Assembly: GCA_965285935.1 (NCBI GenBank)
Contig: OZ260664.1
Coordinates: forward strand, 95,170,001-95,234,000
DNA from: Ophelia neglecta
Taxonomy: Eukaryota
DNA: 64,000 nt
Direction: 5' to 3'
This document shows, piece after piece, positions 53,220-64,000 of the stretch; position 1 is the stretch's first letter, and each line of letters opens with the position of its first letter. The position numbers were made by a program, and so were the translations under genes. A model generated the notes under the pieces. That model was given only the letters and a program-made list of their open reading frames with translations, was not told the DNA's origin and searched no databases.

Positions 53220-53389
53220 AATCGTTCAATTTTGCAGATAGAGATTGGTGACATGCCTGTGTATATTTACAAGAACAGTTTGATATAATTAAAAGCAATG
53301 CAGCCCTGGTTTATTTGAATTAATTCTTCTTTCATAGATTTAGTGAAATAACATATTCTTCAGGAGATAATATGTAATTTAATTAGCCT

Positions 53390-53525
53390 ATTGATCATGT
53401 TTACCGCCTACTGATGCATATGAGAATGTTAGTGGTGGCTGGGAATAGAAAATTTGATTTTTCATGACGAATGGGATGAGAATATCGAGGTAAAAAGACG
53501 ACTTGAAGCCAACAGTTATGAAACA
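53390..53525 (-). repeat. Small, highly decayed inverted fragment of the unit spacer
   Basis: gatcatgtttaccgcctactgat and atgggatgagaatatcgagg...gccaacagttatgaaa match the reverse complement of ~7527-7642. Confidence 0.6.
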
Positions 53526-54476
53526 CGTTTACAAGTCAGCCAATGGTTGCTATGAAATTTCTACAGGGTGTAAATCTTGTGAATATATCAATACTACTGA
53601 GGCAGACTTTGATATTGAAAGAGATATTGAAAGAACAGAGTTGGCTGGTATTCCTGAAGGGGAAACTTGTTTAAGTACTGAAGAATTTGATTAGTAATAG
53701 ATTCATAGTCTGACTGATTCATACTTTTTCCAAAAATGGGTTATATTTTCTTCGGTTTAATTTGTTGTAAACCAGATGACACTCATTCTGTAAGAAAAAT
53801 TTATTTTACCCACAAAAACTTGGTGTTAATGAAACTTTCTTTCTTTATGACTATAAACTATTATTATTTAGAAAAATCTACATGTACTAGGCATTAAATG
53901 ATTACTGCATCATAATTAAAACTATAATGAGCTAGGAGTGCAGGGTTTTTGCATATATATGATAATGTTAGCTATCCTGAAACACCGTATTCCGATATGA
54001 ATAGCCAATTACATACTAACATGTACAAATTGTAATATGAAGTGAGTGATTTTAACTTTTAGTCTATCAACTATTTTATTAGCACCTTTCTATTACTTGG
54101 TATATTTTAGTAGTACAATGTATCATTTACTTCCCGTTAATTTCGAAGGTTATTGTTGTCACACTGACCTAATTTAACTAAAATAAGAACCATTCATTTG
54201 GAAGTGAAACTACGTAGAAACTACGAAATGAACTGTACAATATTTGTATGATACAGTTTTTATTGTAAATTTTATTACTGAGGAATGGTACAACAAGTTG
54301 TTTTCATGAATACGCTACTGATAAATTAATTTGCCAACATTTGCATTAAACTAGTTGATGGCTATGTGCTTAATTTCATGCCTGTAGGATGTGTCTATGT
54401 AGTGATTCCTATGTTGTGGTGATCGGACATTCCCCACAGTGTAAACCTGGACACCTCGCCTATCTGGCTGGGGTAT

Positions 54477-57400
54477 TTTCTGAAGTACAACTCAATGACA
54501 TTATGATGACCGATTGGTGTATACGCTCTTCAACAGCGGTTTGAACTATTCTTTATTTACGATTCTGCCGAGTCTGCAGGGTATTCACTACCTTTCAACT
54601 GACACCACTTTTTTACACTCTATAAACGTTATATTTACGATATAGAATGCAGGACAATACTTCATTAATAAAACAGCGGTTAACGTATGCCTGTGACATA
54701 TGGAAAGCGTGTGACACAATGCATGCTTTATTCATTTATGCAGTTCCATCATAGAATTATTAGTAAACATCTCGAATTGATCATTATATCATTATGTTTC
54801 ATCAACAGGGGTACATTCATCATCTCGTGAGTTAATTTAAATGCATATAAATATAAAGACAATAAACAATGCAGTAAATGATAATTGAACTGGGGACAAT
54901 ATGCCTACTGTTTACAAAAGAAGAGGTGGTCAATCGAAAAGCCGCTAGTATAAACATTTAGCCTAAACTAGGTAGAGCTTACGACCTTAAATGGTACCAC
55001 CACAATTCTCCCTGAAGAAATAGCATTGAATATTATATGAGCTTCTGGGGTGATTAAACGATCAGAGTAAAGTGTTAACATTAAGTAACAAAACGACCAA
55101 AGCCTTTCCTGACTTCTTTGGTGCGTTGAAAATAGTTATTATATATAATTTCTTTAGCATTTGGATCATGTTTACCATCTACTGATAAATATAGGAATAC
55201 AAAAGGTGGCTTGGAAAATAATATGAGATTATTCGGGTCAAAGGGGACGAGAACACTGATAAAAAGAAAGGAGGCCAACAGTTATGCAATTTGTATTATA
55301 CAAATAAAATATAAGAAAATATATCAATCTGGAAACAAGTACGGGAGCATACACAAACAGCCACACTATTGCGTTTCGCTGAAGTTCACATACATTTATA
55401 AAGTACATTTATAAACTGTCACTACCGTCTGGGCAGTCTGAAGTACCATCCAGATAGAACAGGTCTTTACAGACATACAGCTCGTGCAGGTGTTGTGTGG
55501 AGATATTTGAAGGTGACGTAATAGATACCATAAATGGAGATGAAAGTTGTGATCTAACACGAGCAGTAATGTTTGTTATTAATATTTGATAGATGTCACA
55601 AATATCAAAATTAATAATGCGTGAGTATACCATGGCAAGTGAGTGAATAGCAACGTTTTTTTTGACAAAAGTTAATAGTATTAATGCTGTCATAAAACCA
55701 TCCTGATGTGTCATGAAATATGATACAAGAGTTGATAAAATAAACCGAATAAAAAGCGCACCGGCGCATCCCTACACTGACGATTCGAGACGAATCAACG
55801 GGATGAACATGATCTAGTGGCGGAATTATCTCTCGACTATGCAGTTTTACAGTTATGTAGTTTGTATTATCATAAAAGAGGTCGGGAAAATGGCAGAGCA
55901 GTTTTCCGATGCAGTTAAAACTACATTAGGCAATGTCTGCTATATCAGTCTGGGAACAAGTACAGGACCAAAAACAACCATACCATCAACACCAACAATG
56001 TACCCATCTGTTGGTCCCATCTTAAAATACTGAGACTTTTTTAAAAAGCGTAAGACAATATGATACTCATTTCAGACCACCACATTAAAACAATATTTAC
56101 ATGGGTGACTTCTTAATGCACCTTATTGTTGACTAAAACCACGTTATCAAAAAATGATAATTTATATAAATAGAAATTTATATACTCTGTTCAGCTTAAT
56201 ATATAATCTAAGCTTATTCTAGGAAATACATAATGCATCAGGTACTATAGTCCAATAGTGTTATATTATCGTCAACGAAACAACACAATTTTAATGTTAC
56301 TGCCTGTTTCAATTACGAACACCCAATTTGTTGAATATTGTGAAATAATAATACTTATTTTGGGACTCATATGTGGTAATTAAGTAAATAACATTTATAG
56401 AGCATCGTGTCCTCGTAGTTGAGCCCAAAGGCGACTTACATTAAAACAGTATATATAAAACCTTATTACATAGCAAAAATACCGACTTAAAAAAAAGAAC
56501 TAAAGAAAGTATTTCACATTCATTTTCGGCCAATCAGCAATTAAAAGCGAGCCTGAAGACAGGAGTCTTTAGTCGTAACTGTAACCGTAGTCCCCCGACA
56601 GAGCAACATTCTATTAACCATAGCTCTAACCACCTAATAAGGCTAGTTTGAAATCACCACTCATTAGAGCTTACCCTACAGTCGATAACTCACTGATCAA
56701 ATTATTTTTCTACCAGCTAAAGGTAGTTGAATGTTTGCGTAAAGGGTCAATAGGTGGAGAATATGCTTATTATCAAGGATTATTCCCAAGACATTATACT
56801 GCACCAGTTTTGGTTTCATGATAATTGGGGGGATGAGTGCATGATTGCACAATGTGCTTGATAAGAGATAGGTCCAAATACAGTTAGTGTTTTCTTTAAG
56901 AAACAATTGCTCTCAATGCGCAAAATACTGTTCTTTTCTTTCCTTTGTTACAAGGACAATAGGGACCTTTCCGAAGTGACGCGAATGACTCCACAAGGTG
57001 ACTTTGTCACGTGTGGCGTATTGCGCCCTCTTGCCAACAAACAGTGTGCCGCGTTCAATTGCAGATATGACAAGGCTTGTTTCTTGGTTTCAACCAGGTT
57101 CTTCGATTGTTCCATGTCAAGCGAGGAAACCGTGATCTTAGGTATGTAATTCTGCCACTTCGAGGCCGACATTGTATTTAAAAGAAATACAAGTTGAACA
57201 AGATTAGGAATAACCGTTTTTTTGTCCATTATGGCTGTGTTGCAAGAAATCTTTACCGGGAATGCTTTAGCCCCGACAGAATTTATATAAGTGTGACAAC
57301 ATTTCATCTGAAGTGTAATGAAATACAGTTGGTAAAAATTGGAAATTTGATTATTCCACATTACTGGTGTAATGTGGTCTAGTTATAAGCCGTTATGATC

Positions 57401-58940
57401 CAATCACTTCAGATAACAGGAAGTGCGACCATATAAAATTACAATGCCAACTTTAGGATTAAGTGTAACACGAAGCCGAGAAATTCATCTTGTTTAGTTT
57501 CAAAGACTAATGTAATTAAAGCTCACATTTTTCTATGTAATTGAATCAAATGCAACGAATTCAAATATGCAACAATGAGTTGCTTTCGTATTAGATTACT
57601 CCCGCCGGTATTGTATCTCTTATCAACATATAGTGTCTATTCGGTTTCGGGAAGCGGTCGTAAGATTGGGGTTTAAAATAGCCTATTATCACTATGCTTA
57701 GACCGCTTCAATCTTTGTTTCCGTTAACCAGGGTTAAGTTAAAATCAAAATGGAAAGGTTTAAGACCAAATCAAACTACCAGAAACCCGGGTTAACAAGT
57801 TCAGGCCGACTTAGCACTTCAATCCTTATTTTAATACTAGTTCACATTTCAGTCCGCTTCCATAGACCCGGCCTAACTGACTTTTCTTCATTTAGAAATA
57901 GTAAATATCGATATTCAACATTTTTGATCAAAAATGAAATCGAATTTATTTTGAAAGGAACACTTAAAAGCCGTTATTTAAAGTAGAAACCATGGCTTAC
58001 CGGTCTGTGTGTGCTCAAAAAATTAAACTGACCTGACCCAATCAGATGCCTTTACTTTATTACACATCGCCGATCTTTGAGAAGACAGAAAGGATGACTT
58101 TTCATCTAAAATATAAAAAGATAGTCATTAAAATGCATCTTACAAATGTTTCTCATCCGGTGACTTGAGAAGTGTCACCCAAGTTAAAATCTTATTAATT
58201 CAAACACGATTTTATTAAGAAAACAGAAATGAAATGGTCTTATCGCAAAATGGTAAAGTAACATTTATTTCAGCAATCTTCGTGAACGTTAGTAAAATGA
58301 AACCAGACTTTTACTAGAGTCTACACTTAAAACCAATACAGGGTGGCTTTAATTCAAAAGTTTATCTCGAAACGCCACTTAGATTGAAATCAAATGAGCA
58401 AACCTCACTAATGCGCTGACATATTGTCTTGCTTTATATTTCATTAAAATTGTCTTTTAATGGTATTAGGACTAGTCAGACATTTTTTTTTATTTGCTAC
58501 AATCTGTAACAAGCCAAATGCCGTGTGCTGATTTACATGTAAAAAGAGCAAAGAGTTGGCTAGAAAGGGACCTGTGTAAACCTTTGCTTGCTCTTCTCTC
58601 ATTACTCTAGATAACGTCACATGCTGTTAAACTCGTGTGAATACACGCAATATTAGAATAGTCCACTTCGTATGTGCATGTGTGTTCTTACCGTTGAAAT
58701 TTATCGGGGCAATATAAATACCCTTACACAACTGTCTGACGGATGGATTGTAATTATGACGTGCGTCGTTCCATCGCATTACTGGGGCCTTTTCCATGGT
58801 AATTCGCACTGCAAATAATGTCGATATACAATGATAAATCCCGTCGTACACACGGGGCACATACAAAGATAAACAAAGAATTTACACTCGTATACGGAAA
58901 GCCAGTATACAAGAATTTACGCGCTTAGTAGACTCTCACA
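54477..58940 (-). pseudogene. Older inverted relic of one complete array unit, gene body largely deleted
   Basis: Reverse-complement matches in order to the palindrome arm, upstream spacer, start of exon 1, end of exon 2/3' flank, TM relic and downstream spacer. An exon-2 piece (~55415-55835, VAIHSLAMVYSRIINFDICDIYQ...LDGTSDCPDGSD) is displaced downstream. Confidence 0.9.
56948..57229 (-). CDS. 93-aa mini-ORF: receptor signal peptide and N-terminus fused in frame to the receptor's last codons
   Basis: MDKKTVIPNLVQLVFLLNTMSA...SPCGVIRVTSE|RSLLSL*, using the native start context and native TAA. Expression unknown. Confidence 0.4.
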   Translation of the reverse strand: MDKKTVIPNLVQLVFLLNTMSASKWQNYIPKITVSSLDMEQSKNLVETKKQALSYLQLNAAHCLLARGRNTPHVTKSPCGVIRVTSERSLLSL

Positions 58941-58946
58941 AGGACC

Positions 58947-59187
58947 AGTTTATCTCTTTACCTGAAAAACAACCCCATTCCAGCAAGCGTTTGTCCTGAA
59001 CAACATATAAGCAGTAAGTTCATCAGGAGAATGGAAAACATTTCAAACCTGGCCGATGCAAAGACGTTCCTTCAGCATACAGTTCTTTTTCAGGGCACAA
59101 ATCGGCCGATGGCGGTAATCACATGCTTTCGTGTTTTGACATCTTTTTATGAATTAGTAGAGAAGAGAGAAGAAAATGTATAAAAAG
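58947..59187 (+). pseudogene. Decayed exon-1 fragment in + orientation
   Basis: aaccccattccagcaa...ggagaatggaaaacatttcaaacctggccgat...gggcacaaatcggccgatggcggtaatc matches ~1389-1562; the tail matches ~1663-1730 after a deletion. Confidence 0.85.
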
Positions 59188-59199
59188 GATGTTCATTTT

Positions 59200-62100
59200 G
59201 ACGATAACAAACATAGCAGTTTACAACACCACGCTCTTCAGTGTACTGTCCTATGAGTAAGTCCTTATAATTGTCAGTTTCCGTTAGTAGAGCCCTAAAT
59301 GTATACAACATCAAATTGGTTGCTGTAAGTAATTTAGACTAAAGACACTTTGATGTGGTTAGTCCTGACTGGTTTTCTTCTGATAACCTATTAACCCTAT
59401 TTCTGGTATTATAAACACGGGAGCCACTCTCAGTCAGCTGCTCTGGAATTTTTATAAAGGTCGGACATTTGCTTATGATTAGAGAGAGATATATTTTTAT
59501 GGGATGATAGGTGAATAAGTCCTTTAGTTTAAGGATATTTTGAGATTTAAAAAATGGTTCAGTATTTGCCAGGTACCAAGATTGTGCAATAACCCTTACT
59601 GCCTATTTTGTAATAAAAAAAACCTATTGCATACAGTTGTGTTAGTAGGATTATACAACATATGAATAGCATAGGTAAGATGAGGCTGGATTAGTGATGT
59701 GTATATAATTCTTAAGATTTTACAGTGCAATAAAGACTTAAGGTGATGCAATATGCCAATAATTTTTGATTTTTTTTACACTTTTCATTGGTGTTTGCTT
59801 TCCAGCTTAGATATTCGGCAAAATGTCTTCATAGGAATTTGAAACAGCAAACACGTTCAATTGGCTGCCCATTCAGCTTGACATTTGTGGTGATATTCCC
59901 CATGGGTTTACTTTGGTTAGGCTTCTTAAAGATGATATAGTTGGTTTTACTTATGCTAATATGAAGTTGTTTTTTTTTTGCTTTCATCCAGTTATTAATA
60001 TTGCAGGGCTCACTGTTCATTATCTCTATTAACTCATCAAAACGCTTATTATGAAGAAGCATGCTGGTATCGTCAGCAAAAAAAATCGTTTTGGTTTTAC
60101 TTTTATTAAGAGAGTTAGTTATGTCATTAATATAAATTAAGAAAAGCAGGGGACCCAAGATAGTTTCCTGGGGCACCCCACAAATGACGTAAGTATGTGA
60201 CGAGGTGTTATTGTTATATTGTACATACTGTGTTCTCTGTGTAAGGTAGATTTTTAAAAAGCTTATGTGCATTTCCGCGTATGCCATAGTTATAAATTTT
60301 AGATACAAGTATATCGTTATCGAGACTGTCAAAGTCTCAGCATAGTATTAAAAATGTGGGCAAGTGGTGATGCAATTGTGTGGATAATTAACTTGTTTAG
60401 TTTAGGTGTGATGTCATCATGGCCAAAAAATGTTTTAGGTTTCATGTTTGTAACAATAGCAATAATCTCCTCCACATTTGTCTCGTTGAGGATAATTCTG
60501 TTTAAACAGGGGGCATCTGTGTAGGATGTAAAGGCAGCTAATGGGTCAGCCTGTATTTGACCAGACATGTTTTTACCAATATAAGTAAAGAATGCATTAA
60601 ACTTTTCTGTAATTGTCCGCGGGGTGTCAATATTATTGCCTTTATCGTCATAAAAGATGGTCTGAATCTTATTATCATATTTCTTTCCCGGGACTGCTTT
60701 GATATTCATCCATGTTCGCTTTATATCTACCTTAGCTTCGTTGAAGCGCTTTTCCCAGTAGAGTTCTTTTGCAAGATTCCTTGTTTTAGCAAGAAGTGAG
60801 CGATACTTGAGGAAATGAGAGTTAATGTGGTCAAAAAGTTTCCTTGTTCTTTTTTTGCTATATATCTCTCGTATGGATGGAGGTAATTATGCCAAATGTC
60901 ATCTACTGCTTTCCTTATGTTTATATCTGTTAAATTTACTACGAATTAAGGGTATGTTAACATCTAGGCCTGTTTTAAATGTCTCAAGAAGTAAGTTATA
61001 GGCTCGATTTGTCTCATTATTTGAGCAGCATAAATTTAACTAATCCCATGTCTGGTTATTCATATACTGGATAAGACTTGCAAGTTTTCTTGGTTATATT
61101 TTCTATATGTAATATATGATGGACTGGATTTAGGTATAACCCTGATATCATGGAAAAATGTGAACTTCGGATAATGATCCGATATTGATGTGAGTATAGT
61201 TTCAGAAGTAAAGGTCAGATCTGGGTTGAATGTTAGAAACATGTGGTCTATCAGTGTTGATGAGATAGGGGTCACCCTGGTAGGCTGGTTTATCAAGGAA
61301 AGGTAACCTTTTGATAAGAGGGTATCTGTATATTCGGAAGATGGCGTGTGTGTTTCGATATTCAATAAATTGATATTCAGATCCCCCATTAGCAAACATT
61401 CACAATTTTCTCTCTCGATCTAAACTAAAGTCTCTTCTAGTTTTTCAGTGAATAGTGAAATATTATTATGACTTGGGGACTGGTAGAGTGTGCCGATAAT
61501 TAACTTATGTGATATTGAGTCACACGTAATTTCCATGAAAGAGAATAAAAGCTTTATTGGTCACCATAGTAAGATCTTCCCTTGTTTTATAGTACAAGTT
61601 GTTTCTTATATAAATACATCCACCACCAATTCTATTTCCTGACTTATGTTTAAATATTGATGTATAATCAGACAGATGTACAAGACTTTCGTTATCATTA
61701 CTTAGGCAGGTTTCTTCTGTAGTTAATATATCAATCGGTTAACCTGTTGATTCTACTTCCCGCACAAAACGCTCCATTTCATTCTTCTTGCTTAGCAAGG
61801 ATTGAACATTTAAATTGACAACATGTAGACCTTTACCAAAACGCTGGTCAGTATTGAGATTACAAAATGCACTTCGTGAATAGTACTGGGAGTCATCGTT
61901 TAAATTTAGCTCGTATTCACTCAGGTCAGTCATTTCATGCTAAGTTGGCCAGATCATCTTCAGTATTGATTTTGATTACCGCCGAAACATCTGTTTTGCG
62001 CATGTAGATAACTCCGTTGTTTGTCCATATCCATTTGAAGTGCGGGTTTTTTCGTTTTTGTCTGGCTTTTACCCATGAGTCTCTTTCGGTCCGGGCAGAG

Positions 62101-62954
62101 ATGCTCATTGATGTAGAATTTATCCTCACCTGGGAAACTTCCATTTATATCTTTGCAGGTCAGCGAGGCACTGCGCACTTAAAATTTCTGCAGCAAGATT
62201 TCATTGGTTTTGCGATTCAGTAGCCTCACAACAATGGGCTTTCTATATATATATATAGCGATCAATTTGGTATTGTATTGTTCTGGCCTCCTTAGCAAAT
62301 ATGTATTGTTTAGGCGTCGATGAACGTTGGAATCGTCCCAATTGTTGTCCGTTATTTCGATAATCGAGTCTTTGTCGGCCGTGCTGTTCACTGCGTTGTT
62401 TTCACTTTGTCACTTAAGCTGGAGTCGCAGATCATAACCAGACACAGAGGTGTCTGGACTTTTCGAGCGGGCGCCAGTTCGAGCGGTGGCTATATTGGTC
62501 GTTTCGAGCGGGTATATCGGACGTTTCGAGCGGGGCCAGTTCTAGTTGTTTATGATAGTAAACAGTTCCTGTTATGGGTGATAAAATGTACATACGACTT
62601 TTCGAGTCTTTGGGAGCTCCCTGAGAAACAGACTGATTTGGAAATGAAACAACAGCGTAAATATGCGCCAAACTTGTGCAAGTTGGAAGAGAATAACTGG
62701 GAAAAATGTAGCAAGTCACTGTTTTTAGTAAACATCAAAAATAAACGAGATTTAACCGTTCAAACCATCGTCGGTGAACAATAGAACAGAAATATAGCTA
62801 CATTCTCAAGATTTATCGGCTCACCACCAATAAAACGCCCCGTTTGAAAAGTCCCCCGCTCGAAAACGACCCCCGCTCGAAGTGTCCCCCGCTCGAACTG
62901 GCGCCCGCTCGAAACGACCCGGGACCGACTCAGAGCCGCTAGAAGTGCACTCCC
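59200..62954 (-). mobile_element. Decayed CR1/L2-group non-LTR retrotransposon (ORF1 remnant + APE-RT ORF2)
   Basis: APE motifs VVNLNVQSL, LMGDLNINLL, PTRVTPISSTLIDH and ISDHYP; RT motifs GVPQETILGPLLFLIYINDI and FADDT; ORF1-like YINEHLCP...KWIWTNNGVIYMRK. Many frameshifts; both ends approximate. Confidence 0.88.
62449..62926. mobile_element. Non-autonomous DNA transposon with TIRs and subterminal ttcgagcgg repeats, nested near the LINE 5' end
   Basis: Left ggtgtctggacttttcgagcgggcgccagttcgagcgg versus reverse complement of the right end ggtcccgggtcgtttcgagcgggcgccagttcgagcgg. About 4 motif copies per side; flanked by GA...GA (possible 2-bp TSD). Confidence 0.8.
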
Positions 62955-63429
62955 TTTTATTGTAGTTAAATATAATCTCATGCCAGAAACTATCAATACA
63001 ACAAACTTACAGTTGCGAATGCTGCAATGTCTTCATCCGGGTAACTGGGGGACGAGAGAAAAAGTACCAGCAAGTGATGTGCTCTACACTTAATGATGGG
63101 AAGTTAGGAAATGTGTGAGAAAAGACTTGGTCTGGTAGCCTAGCCATTTCACCACTAAGAATGACCAGGTGACTATTTTTCCGTAAATATATGCATTAGC
63201 CTTGCATGACAGCGGTTGAGCCTCACCTTAGAATTGTCGCAACCTCCTTTGAAATATATTTAATTGTACGTGGGTTCGGCATAACTTTGTGGCCAACTGT
63301 ATCATATATGGCATGAAAACCCCGTAATGTACATACCCTATGTATTTTGTAACCAGGTAACAATACACACCCTTACCTTCGCTATGCATTCTGTAACCAG
63401 GGAACATATATTCATGGAAACATGTCCCG

Positions 63430-64000
63430 AGCCTGCTGGTTACATAGTGGATACAGTAGATCTGAGGAGGTTGGAGGCTAGAAAACTGCTGGTATCGTGG
63501 TAACATGGAAACAAGTCCCACAAAAATTCCACATTAAGTTGGGAAACACTGGAAACACGGTAACTCTCATTTTATATACCAGCCTGCCGGTTACATGCTG
63601 GATACAGTAGATTTCAGGAGGTTGTAGGCTAGAAAACTGCTGGTAACATGGAAACAATTCACATGCCATATAACCTTTTTTTCTCTGGAAAAAGGTATGT
63701 CACTATGACAAATATTGAGTGTGTGCATGTAACTTTATTATATCTCAATCATACATTTATATGTACTTTGCCTCAATGTCAAGAAGAGAAAACAGCCAAT
63801 GGACATGTAAAAATGACAAACTTGTATGAATGACTAGCCTGGTTCATTAATAGCCTGGATATGTTAAAAAAGGAACTGTACATATAAATGTAATGAAATA
63901 AAATTGTAAATTTTCTAAAACATTATTGATCTCAAATGAGAGTTACCGTGTTTCCAGTGTTTCCCAACTAAATGTGGCCTTTTTGGTGGGAATTGTTTCC
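63430..64000. repeat. ~150-bp-period direct repeat plus inverted copy (fold-back-type element running off the window)
   Basis: gcctgc.ggttacat..tggatacagtagat...aggaggttg.aggctagaaaactgctggt occurs at ~63431 and ~63582. 63507-63572 is the reverse complement of 63934-64000. Confidence 0.75.

Overview
Eukaryotic (animal) genomic DNA; the repeat content and receptor family suggest a marine invertebrate (inference). Positions 1-~45400 are a head-to-tail tandem array of four ~11.3-kb units. Each unit carries a two-exon gene for a ~2,014-aa GRL101/LGR-like GPCR: signal peptide, CUB and CUB-like modules, a C-type lectin domain split by one phase-0 GT-AG intron, 5-6 LDLa-type modules, LRRs and a divergent 7TM domain with almost no C-terminal tail. 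The ORF track shows each gene as two separate ORFs, but they splice in frame. Copy 1 (5' end outside the window) and copy 3 look intact. Copy 2 has a stop/frameshift just before the 7TM and an internal 2,657-bp tandem duplication. Copy 4 is disabled. The copies are sequence mosaics, with amino-acid variation concentrated in ectodomain patches. Each spacer holds a decayed TM3-TM4 fragment and a palindrome whose core is oppositely oriented in copy 1; spacers 1-3 also hold an L2 3' end. Downstream are a 30-bp minisatellite, a MITE, a 5'-truncated BEL/Pao retrotransposon, and an older inverted relic of the unit collapsed into an in-frame 93-aa mini-ORF. The window ends with a decayed CR1/L2-group LINE carrying a nested MITE and a fold-back repeat. 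All comparisons were made by eye; no database searches were run.
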